This document shows positions 55,028 to 64,000 of a stretch of DNA of 64,000 bases, in pieces. Every line of letters begins with the position of its first letter. Position 1 is the first letter of the stretch. The stretch lies in assembly GCA_031428455.1 (NCBI GenBank), contig JANPPJ010000098.1, positions 9,304 to 73,303 of the forward strand, in the 5' to 3' direction. Position numbers and translations under genes: made by a program. The stretch is from Hyphomicrobiales bacterium (GTDB lineage Bacteria > Pseudomonadota > Alphaproteobacteria > Rhizobiales > Beijerinckiaceae). The notes under the pieces were generated by a model. That model saw only the letters and a list, made by a program, of their open reading frames with translations. It had not been told where the DNA came from and did no database searches.

Positions 55028-55309
55028 ATGAACGCTTTGTCAAAGAAGGCCCTCACCGGCGCGATGGGCGCCATTGCTCTTGCTGGCGCCATGGCCGCTT
55101 CTGCGGCTCCTGCTGAAGCGCGCAGCGGTCGCAACGCGGCGTGGATAGCGGGCGGCGTGGCCGCCGGTCTCTTGGGCGCTGCAGTCGTGTCGAACGCCTA
55201 CGCTCACCCCACTTATTCGTACGCGCCGTCCTGCTGGCGCGAGCGGCAGCCGGTTCACAACCGATTCGGCGAGTTCGTGGGCTACCGCAGCGTTCGCGTC
55301 TGCGAGTAA
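55028..55309 (+). CDS. small exported hypothetical protein
   Basis: 93 aa. Signal peptide ...AIALAGAMAASAAPAEA, a Gly/Ala-rich hydrophobic segment, and a C-terminal Cys pair. Followed by a strong terminator. Confidence 0.5.
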   Translation: MNALSKKALTGAMGAIALAGAMAASAAPAEARSGRNAAWIAGGVAAGLLGAAVVSNAYAHPTYSYAPSCWRERQPVHNRFGEFVGYRSVRVCE

Positions 55310-55349
55310 TCGCAGCCGCCCGGACACATAACCTCCAAAGTCCCGAAAG

Positions 55350-55380
55350 CCCTCCGCGTTGCCCCCCGCGGAGGGTTTTT
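55350..55380 (+). terminator. rho-independent terminator
   Basis: CCCTCCGCG-loop-CGCGGAGGG followed by TTTTT. Confidence 0.75.
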
Positions 55381-55443
55381 CGTTGCGCGGCGCGCTTTGC
55401 TCAATAAACTGCGCGCCGACAAGCGAACACCCTGGAGCCTATT

Positions 55444-55932
55444 ATGCAGAGCCTGCGCATCATTCTCGCCCTCGTCGTATCCGGCCCGTTGCTTGTCGAG
55501 CCTGTGTTCGCGCAGCAATCGGTGCAGGACACCGCGCGGGCCCGCGCCAAGCAGATCGAGCAGCAGCGCGAGGAAGAGCGCAAGCGTAGCCTGGAAAAGC
55601 GCTTTCCGGTGGGGATGAGATGGGTGCTGGAAGATATGGGCGGGAAGCGCCCGCCAGCTGGCGTTGACGCTGCGCTCCGCATTGACGCGTCCTACCGCGC
55701 GGCTGGATCTGCTGGCTGCAATACATTCTCGTCGGCGATGTATCCCGCGAAGGAACAGACGCTGATGGCGAGTACGCCCGCGCTGACGCGCCGTACGTGC
55801 CCGGCGCCGGTCATGGCGTTTGAGCGGGCGTTCCTTCAGGCGCTTTATTCGCGCCCGAAGTGGGATCAGGTCGGCGATACGTTGATCCTCAAGTCGCGCG
55901 CGGGCGTTCTGCGCTTTCGTCGGGGTCTCTGA
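55444..55932 (+). CDS. META domain protein (HslJ-like), exported
   Basis: Signal peptide MQSLRIILALVVSGPLLVEPVFAQ. GSAGCNTFSSAMY...RRTCPAPVMAFERAFLQAL fits the META/DUF306 pattern. Confidence 0.7.
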   Translation: MQSLRIILALVVSGPLLVEPVFAQQSVQDTARARAKQIEQQREEERKRSLEKRFPVGMRWVLEDMGGKRPPAGVDAALRIDASYRAAGSAGCNTFSSAMYPAKEQTLMASTPALTRRTCPAPVMAFERAFLQALYSRPKWDQVGDTLILKSRAGVLRFRRGL

Positions 55933-55935
55933 GCG

Positions 55936-58050
55936 TTAGGCGTTCGCAAGATAGCGCGGCGAAGACACCCCGTCGTCCCGCGTGTGCATGTCGATGCGCA
56001 GGTCATGCAATTCTAAGAGCGTGCTGCGGTGGCCAATCGACACGATGGTCGCGCCCGGCAATTCCTGCCGCAGCATCCTGTAAATTTCGCCCTCAAGTTT
56101 CTCATCCAGAGCGGATGTCGCCTCGTCAAGAAACAGCCAGTCGGGCTTGTCGAGCAGGGCGCGCGCAATGGCGAGGCGTTGCTGCTCGCCGCCAGACAAG
56201 CGCTGGCCCCAATTGTCCTCGGCGTCCAGCTGTTCAATGAATGGTTCAAGCTTCGCCGCCTTCAGCGCGCCTGCGATCTCTTCGTCGCTGTAGGCGCCGA
56301 TGAGGCCGGGATATGTGACCGCTGTGCGCAGCGAGCCGGTGGGCACATAAGGCCGCTGCGGGAGAAGCATGACGCGCGCATCGCGCGGCGCTTCAATATG
56401 GCCTGCGCCATAGGGCCAGATGTCGGCAATGGCGCGAAAGAGCGTGGATTTGCCAGAGCCCGATGGGCCCGTGACAAGCGTGGAGCGGCCTGCAGTAAAC
56501 ACAAGTTCGTCGGCCGCGACAATCTGCTTGCCGTTTGGCAGAAGCAGCTTCAGATCGCGCAGCACGAGATCGCGGTCTTTCGATGGGCCATGCTCGATGC
56601 GCGGCGGCTCGCTGCCAAGCGCCTGCGCGCGCGTCATGGCTTCGCCGAAGGTCGACAGACGATCCACAACGGCCTTGTAGCTGGCCAGCGCCTGATAGCG
56701 AGAGATGAAGAACGTCAGCGCGCTTTCAACACGCGAAAACGCCCCGGCGGTTTGCGTCATCACGCCAAGCGTGATTTGCCCGGAGAAATAATAGGGCGCG
56801 ACGATGATGTAGGGGATCACCACGCTGGCCTGAAAGAAACTCTGCGTAAATGTCGTCAGCTTCATGTTGCGCACGACGATGGCGAAGTAGTTCTGCACGA
56901 TCTCGGTGAATCGGTTACCGAGGATTTGCCGCTCTGCCTTTTCGCCGCGCAGCAAAGCAACCTGTTCGGCGTATTCGCGAAGACGCGCCAGCGAGAAGCG
57001 GAAATCGGCCTCGTAGCGCTCCTGCGCGTAATCAAGACGCACCAGCGGCTTGCCGATCTTGTGAGCGATCCAGGTGCCAAGCACTGAATAAAGCAGCGCC
57101 ACCCAGAACGGCAGCCCCGGCACAACGGTGCTGGTGCCCGGGATCACGAAACTGGCCGGGATCATCCAAAGGATGATCGAGAATGAGACAAGATTGGAGA
57201 GCGTCGACAACACGCTCACCGAATACGAATAGGTGAGGTTGATGAAGGCCCGCACGTCTTCCGCGATGCGCTGATCAGGATTGTCCGCGCCTTCGCCGAT
57301 CAGGTTCATGCGATAGAGCCCGCCGCGCGACAACCAGTTCGCCGAATAGCGCTCCGTCAGCCATTCGCGCCATGTGATCTTGAGCAGCGACTCGAGGAAG
57401 TACTCGATCAAGACAGAGAATACGGAAATGGCCGCCCAGAAACAGAAAACGAACAGCAGCAGGTTCCAGAATGCTGTCTCGTTCTTTTCCTGAATGGCGT
57501 TGAAGAAATCGCGATTGAAGAAGGAAAGCCGCACATTGATGGCGACCTGCAACTGATTGATCACGACCAGGACGATGATGAGCGACTTGCCCACCACACG
57601 TTCCGACATGTGCCGCGAGCCCAGCGGACCGAACGAAATCGTGCGAACGCGATCTGTCTCGAAAAAGGGATCAGCGAGATCAGTGATCTGCCGGATGACC
57701 GGGATGAACGAGATCGCGTAGACGACGAGACCAAAAATAGCGATGGTTGCAGGCAGGCTCGCAGGCGGCGCAACAGCGGAAAGAGCTGCAGGCCAGGCGC
57801 CAAGCGTGGACAGCGCAAACGCCAGTCCCAGCAGCACATATTCAACAGCAAAGATGGTCGAGAAAATGCGCAGGAATGTGGAAATCGCGCGGGATCGCGC
57901 GGTAGCCAGCGCCATCAGCGCGCCGGTGACGGCGACGCCGATCAGCGATACGTCGACCTGAAAACCGAGAAATGAAGAACCGCCCTTGAATATGCCGGCG
58001 ATGAAACAAAAAGCGGCTGTGGCCGCGACAAGACCGCTGAGCAACATCAT
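55936..58050 (-). CDS. fused ABC transporter permease/ATP-binding protein (ABCD/YddA-like)
   Basis: 704 aa: N-terminal extra TM helices, an ABC_membrane_2-like TMD, Walker A GPSGSGKST, signature LSGGEQQRLAIARAL, Walker B LFLDEATSALD. Confidence 0.85.
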   Translation of the reverse strand: MMLLSGLVAATAAFCFIAGIFKGGSSFLGFQVDVSLIGVAVTGALMALATARSRAISTFLRIFSTIFAVEYVLLGLAFALSTLGAWPAALSAVAPPASLPATIAIFGLVVYAISFIPVIRQITDLADPFFETDRVRTISFGPLGSRHMSERVVGKSLIIVLVVINQLQVAINVRLSFFNRDFFNAIQEKNETAFWNLLLFVFCFWAAISVFSVLIEYFLESLLKITWREWLTERYSANWLSRGGLYRMNLIGEGADNPDQRIAEDVRAFINLTYSYSVSVLSTLSNLVSFSIILWMIPASFVIPGTSTVVPGLPFWVALLYSVLGTWIAHKIGKPLVRLDYAQERYEADFRFSLARLREYAEQVALLRGEKAERQILGNRFTEIVQNYFAIVVRNMKLTTFTQSFFQASVVIPYIIVAPYYFSGQITLGVMTQTAGAFSRVESALTFFISRYQALASYKAVVDRLSTFGEAMTRAQALGSEPPRIEHGPSKDRDLVLRDLKLLLPNGKQIVAADELVFTAGRSTLVTGPSGSGKSTLFRAIADIWPYGAGHIEAPRDARVMLLPQRPYVPTGSLRTAVTYPGLIGAYSDEEIAGALKAAKLEPFIEQLDAEDNWGQRLSGGEQQRLAIARALLDKPDWLFLDEATSALDEKLEGEIYRMLRQELPGATIVSIGHRSTLLELHDLRIDMHTRDDGVSSPRYLANA

Positions 58051-58098
58051 TGATTAAATCTCATGGCGTTTTCGACGCGTGAGGCGCTTGTGCTCTTG

Positions 58099-58470
58099 CT
58101 AGGGCTGGGATGCCGCGAGAAGAGGGCGCTTGCTCTGTGTCGATGAAGTGAGGTCATCGTCCTCGTCGCTCAGGACTTCACCATTGATGGCGGCCACCAG
58201 GCGCGGCGATGGTTTGAAAGTTAGCACCCGACGCGCCGAGATCGGATATTCGGCGCCGGTCTTTGGGTTGCGACCAACGCGCGGCCGCTTTGAGCGGATG
58301 GAGAATGTGCCGAAGGCGCGCAGCTTAACCGCTTCACTGCGTTCAAGCGCTGCGCAGATCTCTTCCAGCGCCGTTTCGACGATTTGCTTGGCTTCGACGC
58401 GCGAGAGCCCCGGACCAGCGACATAGACCGCATGCAGGAGATCCTGACGGGTGAGTGTTCTATTGGTCAT
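58099..58470 (-). CDS. integration host factor alpha-like protein (HU/IHF family) with acidic C-terminal tail
   Basis: LTRQDLLHAVYVAGPGLSRVEAKQIVETALEEICAALERSEAVKLRAFGTFSIRSKRPRVGRNPKTGAEYPISARRVLTFKPS is collinear with IhfA, followed by SDEDDDLTSS.... Confidence 0.75.
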   Translation of the reverse strand: MTNRTLTRQDLLHAVYVAGPGLSRVEAKQIVETALEEICAALERSEAVKLRAFGTFSIRSKRPRVGRNPKTGAEYPISARRVLTFKPSPRLVAAINGEVLSDEDDDLTSSTQSKRPLLAASQP

Positions 58471-58824
58471 TTTTCTTTGCCGTCCTTCACGTCCCCGAAG
58501 CGTTAATCGACGGGGTCTTTGCAGACCCCCTCACTGACCCTACGCGGAACAATGGCCCCTCAGCGGCTCGTTGGTCGAGCCCCCCGGCTCCTCCGCTTCC
58601 TTTCAAATTGAAGCCCTTTGCACAAGCCGCGTCAAAGAGAAAATGCGTCAAGGCGTCAATTGGCGTCTTTACGGCGGCGCCTGTTGTATTTTGTCACCGG
58701 CGGCAAGTGTTTTTTTCGGGACGTTTTTGCCCCGTTGGGGCACTGAGCCAAAGGATGCAACGCTTCGGGTGATGCACGTCAAAGCGATCGCGCAGCCCCG
58801 CGTTATCTTTGATTCAAACATTCT

Positions 58825-58856
58825 AAAAAAACAGGCCGGGCGTGAGCCCGACCTGT
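58825..58856 (-). terminator. rho-independent terminator of groEL
   Basis: On the minus strand: CAGGTCGGGC-TCAC-GCCCGGCCTG followed by TTTTTTT. Confidence 0.75.
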
Positions 58857-58885
58857 CAGTGTTAAAACGAAGGTATGGAAGTAGC

Positions 58886-60556
<1,671 letters not shown>

Positions 60557-60588
60557 TCAGATCGTCTGGAACGACGGAGCGTCAGGCT

Positions 60589-60876
60589 TCAGCCCACAAC
60601 GCCCATGATGTCGCTTTCCTTCATGATCAGGAGTTCCTGACCGTCGATCTTCACTTCCGTGCCGGACCACTTGCCGAACAGGATGCGGTTGCCGGCCTTC
60701 ACGTCCAGCGGGACGAGCTTGCCGCTTTCGTCGCGGGCGCCGGGGCCCACCGCAACGACTTCACCTTCCTGGGGCTTTTCCTTGGCGGAGTCAGGGATGA
60801 TGATGCCGCCCTTGGTCTTGTCTTCGCCTTCGAGGCGCTTGACCACGACGCGGTCATGCAGGGGACGAAACTTCAT
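60589..60876 (-). CDS. groS: co-chaperonin GroES
   Basis: [46 protein letters not shown]. 95 aa. Confidence 0.97.
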   Translation of the reverse strand: MKFRPLHDRVVVKRLEGEDKTKGGIIIPDSAKEKPQEGEVVAVGPGARDESGKLVPLDVKAGNRILFGKWSGTEVKIDGQELLIMKESDIMGVVG

Positions 60877-60952
60877 GAGATCGTTTCCTGTGGTTGGCGG
60901 ACCCCCTGGCGACTCTCAGCCGGCCTACGGGTCCCCGTGGATTACTTAGTTG

Positions 60953-60979
60953 TTAGCACTCACTGGCTGCAAGTGCTAC
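60953..60979 (-). promoter_or_regulatory. CIRCE (HrcA operator) upstream of groES
   Basis: TTAGCACTC-N9-AAGTGCTAC vs consensus TTAGCACTC-N9-GAGTGCTAA: left arm 9/9, right arm 7/9. It lies 77 nt upstream of the groES ATG. Confidence 0.8.
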
Positions 60980-61163
60980 GAGCCACGAATTAGGGGCAGG
61001 GCGTGTTCCTGTCAAGGCCGACCTGGGGCGTGAACGTGCGTAACCAGCGTTAAAGCCTCTAGTCCCGAACGCGAACTGCAGGAGCCATTCTCCTCCGACA
61101 TTAACCGTCTTGCGATGTTGAAGGCGGAGGTGAGGAGGTCGCAAGTCTCCAGGCGAGGCCGCC

Positions 61164-62150
61164 TCAATCCATCTTGACGCCTGCCGCAGCGACGATCTTT
61201 TCCCACTTTGCGGCTTCGTCTGCGACAAATTTGGTGAACTCATCCGGGCTCATGCTCATGGGCAGGAGGAAAGCCTTGCTGTAGCGCTCCTGCACCTTGG
61301 GGTCTTTGACCCATTCGTTCATGAGCGCGTTCACGCGGGCGATGATGGGCGCGGGCGTTTTGGCTGGCGCGACGAGCCCAAACCACGTTGTTGATTCAAA
61401 GCCCGGCAGTCCCGCTTCTGCGGCTGTCGGCAAATCCGGCAGCGATGCCATGCGCGTCCTGGTGGCCGCAGCCAGCGCGCGCACGTCGCCGGACGCCATC
61501 ACGCCCGCCACGGGCGCTGCGCCAACCGACAAGAACTGTACCTGACCACTCGCCAGATCAGTCACAGCGGGCGCCGCCCCGCGATAGGGCACATGCGTCA
61601 TCTGCACGTCAGCCAGCCGCATGAATTGCACGGCGGCCAGATGGGGCGTGGTGCCGAGCCCCGCTGATGCATAATTCATGCTGTTGGGCTTGGCTTTCAG
61701 CAGCGCGATGAAGTCTTTCAGGTTCTGCGCCGGCACCGTTTTTGACACGACCAGAATCTGCGGCGCTTCCGCGACGATGGCGACGGGCGCCAGATCCTTG
61801 ATCGGATCGTAAGGCAGTGTCTTGAACAGGAATTGGTTGATCGCGAGATTGTTCGTCGTGATGAAACCGAACGTATGGCCGTCGGGCGCGGCGCGCGCGA
61901 CCATGGCCGTGCCGACGTTTCCGCCTGCGCCCGTGTTGTTTTCAATGATGACAGGCTGGCCCAGACGCGAGGTGAGATATTCGCCCGCCACGCGCGCCAG
62001 AAAATCCGTCGTGCCGCCCGCCGCCGAGGGCACGACGATGCGAATCGGCTGCGTAGGCCAGTTGGGAACCTGCGCCAAAGCAATGCCGCCAAGAGCAGGC
62101 ACGCCCGCAAATGCAATGAAGCTGGCAAAGCCAGCGGCGAGCAGTTTCAT
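61164..62150 (-). CDS. Bug/TctC family substrate-binding protein
   Basis: GGGAGG upstream of the ATG. MKLLAAGFASFIAFAGVPALGGIALAQ signal. PIRIVVPSAAGGTTDFLARVAGEYL.... Confidence 0.9.
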   Translation of the reverse strand: MKLLAAGFASFIAFAGVPALGGIALAQVPNWPTQPIRIVVPSAAGGTTDFLARVAGEYLTSRLGQPVIIENNTGAGGNVGTAMVARAAPDGHTFGFITTNNLAINQFLFKTLPYDPIKDLAPVAIVAEAPQILVVSKTVPAQNLKDFIALLKAKPNSMNYASAGLGTTPHLAAVQFMRLADVQMTHVPYRGAAPAVTDLASGQVQFLSVGAAPVAGVMASGDVRALAAATRTRMASLPDLPTAAEAGLPGFESTTWFGLVAPAKTPAPIIARVNALMNEWVKDPKVQERYSKAFLLPMSMSPDEFTKFVADEAAKWEKIVAAAGVKMD

Positions 62151-62242
62151 GAAGCCTCCCTCAGTTTCCTCTGCGCGCGCCCTCCATTTGACCGGGGCTT
62201 GAGCGCGTCCCATCTTGCGTCAACATTCGTCAGGGGGGAAGT

Positions 62243-63340
62243 ATGCAAATCACAGCCGCCGTTTTCCGCGACGCGACGTTGAAGCCATCCTTCGAAACCC
62301 TCGATTTGACGGGGCCCGGCCCCGGCGAGGTGCTCGTGCGCATGGTGGCGACCGGCGTGTGCCATACCGATGCGAAGGCCGCCGGGCCGGAATCCCCGTC
62401 GCCTCGGCCCGTTGTGCTCGGCCACGAAGGCGCAGGGATGGTGCAGGCCGTGGGGCAGGGCGTCACGAAGGTTGCGCCGGGCGACCATGTGGTGATGACC
62501 TTCGGCTCGTGCGGGCGCTGCCGCTCGTGCGAGGAGGCAGAGCCCGCGTATTGCCACCACGCGCTGCCGCTGAGTTTTGGCTGCAAGCGGCCCGATGGTT
62601 CAACCTATCTGCGTGCGGCGGATGGCTCGCCGGTGTTTGGTGATTTCTTTCAGCAGTCATCTTTTGCAACCCATGCCATCGGGCGTGAGCGAAACGTGGT
62701 GAAGGTGCGCAAGGATGCGCCGCTCGAAATGCTTGGGCCGCTGGGCTGCGGCGTGCAGACGGGCGCGGGCGCCGTGCTCAATGATCTGCGCGTGAAGCCG
62801 GGCCGGACGCTGGCGATTTTTGGCGTTGGCGCGCTGGGACTTTCTGCAGTCATGGCGGCTCGGCTGGCTGGCGCTGGCCGCATCATCGCAATTGATCGCC
62901 ATCAGGCCCGGCTCGATCTGGCCCGCGAGCTTGGCGCCCATGATGTCATTCTTGGCGGCGCCGAGCCGCTGCCCGCGCAGATCAAATCCATCGTGCCCAT
63001 TGGCGTTGATTACGCCATCGACACGACGGGCGTGCTCACCGTGATGCGCGCCGCCATCGATTCGCTTGCGCCGCGGGGTGAATGCGCCTTCGTCACCAGT
63101 CCATGGGATGGATCGGAATTGTCGATCTCGCCGCGCCATCTTTTACTTGGGCGCAAGGTGCGTGGGGTGATCGAAGGCAACAGCAACCCTGATGTGTTCA
63201 TTCCCCAGCTGGTGGACTGGTTCATGGACGGGCGTTTTCCGTTTGATCGTCTGGTGAAGTTCTACGCTTTCAGCGAACTCGAGAAAGCTTTCCACGACAG
63301 TGAAACAGGCCTCACGGTCAAACCAGTTCTGCGGATGTGA
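62243..63340 (+). CDS. zinc-dependent alcohol dehydrogenase (MDR family, aryl-alcohol dehydrogenase-like)
   Basis: GVCHTD, GHEGAG, structural zinc CGRCRSCEEAEPAYC, and Rossmann GVGALGLSAVMAA. Confidence 0.85.
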   Translation: MQITAAVFRDATLKPSFETLDLTGPGPGEVLVRMVATGVCHTDAKAAGPESPSPRPVVLGHEGAGMVQAVGQGVTKVAPGDHVVMTFGSCGRCRSCEEAEPAYCHHALPLSFGCKRPDGSTYLRAADGSPVFGDFFQQSSFATHAIGRERNVVKVRKDAPLEMLGPLGCGVQTGAGAVLNDLRVKPGRTLAIFGVGALGLSAVMAARLAGAGRIIAIDRHQARLDLARELGAHDVILGGAEPLPAQIKSIVPIGVDYAIDTTGVLTVMRAAIDSLAPRGECAFVTSPWDGSELSISPRHLLLGRKVRGVIEGNSNPDVFIPQLVDWFMDGRFPFDRLVKFYAFSELEKAFHDSETGLTVKPVLRM

Positions 63341-63710
63341 GTTCGCTGGCCATGTGGCAGCAGCTGAGGCAATTGCCGTCAGGATCGACAAGCGCGAACT
63401 GACGCATGCCCCACGGCGTGCCGCTTACGCGGGACATGCGCGGCACGCCCTCGCCAGGCAATTGCAACGGCGACCACAGGCGATGTAGCGCGTCAGTGTC
63501 AGGCACGCGCAAATGGCATAACGCAGCCGAGGCATGCGGATCGAAATCATCCCAGCGAAAAAAGTGCAGCTCGATTTCGCCCGCGCGCAAGACGAGATAA
63601 TCGTCAGGCCATTCATCCGCGCCGACGCTCGAAAATCCGAGACGTTGATAAAACGCCAGCGTGCGCCGCGTGTCGCGCGACGGCAAAACGGGAATGGCGC
63701 GCCCGTTCAT
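63318..63710 (-). CDS. VOC (glyoxalase/bleomycin-resistance) family protein
   Basis: AIPVLPSRDTRRTLAFYQRLGF...LVLRAGEIELHFF...FALVDPDGNCL. Start is uncertain (63710 or 63761). The 3' end overlaps the convergent ADH gene by 23 nt. Confidence 0.65.
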   Translation of the reverse strand: MNGRAIPVLPSRDTRRTLAFYQRLGFSSVGADEWPDDYLVLRAGEIELHFFRWDDFDPHASAALCHLRVPDTDALHRLWSPLQLPGEGVPRMSRVSGTPWGMRQFALVDPDGNCLSCCHMASELTSAELV

Positions 63711-63803
63711 GGCGTTCGCGCTTTTTTGACGGCGGGCGCGTTGGATAATGCGTTCATTCAAACGGGATGCACGCGCAATGCGACAATTCCGCGGCGCGCG
63801 GGG

Positions 63804-64000
63804 TCAGTCCGCCGCCACAGTCCTCAGATGTGGAGCCACGTCCGCTGCAAAGAAACGCAGACTTTTCTCCGTTTGCTCGGCGGGCTGCGTTGCGATTTGC
63901 ATCATAGCTATGAGATTGCCGAAGCCCATTGTCTTTTGACGATGCAGAAATGTGTCGCGAACGGTGGCGGCGGAGCCGCACACCACCATGCCCAGCTCGA
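63804..64000 (-). CDS. LLM-class flavin-dependent oxidoreductase, C-terminal part (5' end outside window)
   Basis: ...VVCGSAATVRDTFLHRQKTMGFGNLIAMMQIATQPAEQTEKSLRFFAADVAPHLR resembles luciferase-like monooxygenase C termini. The frame is open to the window edge. Confidence 0.5.
   Translation of the reverse strand, partial: ELGMVVCGSAATVRDTFLHRQKTMGFGNLIAMMQIATQPAEQTEKSLRFFAADVAPHLRTVAAD

Noticed and set aside
58811-58827. Third ICE-like sequence (GATTCAAACATTCTAAA) downstream of groEL
   Set aside because: Only the TTCTAAA half matches; the left half is 3/7. It sits in a terminator region rather than a promoter.

Overview
High-GC (roughly 65% by eye) chromosomal segment whose gene content and synteny fit an alphaproteobacterium of the Rhizobiales/Hyphomicrobiales type. 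Most of it is housekeeping: hemA (ALA synthase), mscL, tRNA-Thr, murA-DUF2948-hisD-UPF0262-LMW phosphatase, ribF-ileS-lspA followed by an M16 peptidase pair, hisS, hisZ-hisG, dps, bfd-bfr, and groES-groEL with a CIRCE operator. It also holds four orphan Bug/TctC solute-binding proteins, a DevBCA/MacAB-like exporter and an SLC5-domain hybrid histidine kinase. I found no transposase, integrase, CRISPR array, rRNA or phage structural gene. The accessory content is four AT-richer single-gene islets wedged between housekeeping operons. (1) A class II Fic protein with its own palindromic operator-like sites (21.6-22.9 kb). (2) A 308-aa protein I suspect is DUF4238-like, a candidate single-gene anti-phage protein (31.5-32.5 kb). 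(3) A 222-aa membrane protein bracketed by copies of a composite REP-like element (47.2-47.9 kb). (4) A 293-aa secreted 10-cysteine protein (51.6-52.6 kb); this islet is flanked by an imperfect direct duplication of the hisG-3'end/GH3-5' junction, including a diverged but still in-frame relic of the last 25 hisG codons. Other points worth a second look are a perfect 12-bp x7 (+2 variant) tandem repeat inside the signal-peptide region of a Bug protein, Irr/ICE-like boxes upstream of hemA and bfd, an acyl-CoA dehydrogenase C-terminal relic in frame behind the dps stop codon, and a long-form-like HisG translationally coupled to HisZ. All family assignments come from reading the translations by eye. 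No database search was run.
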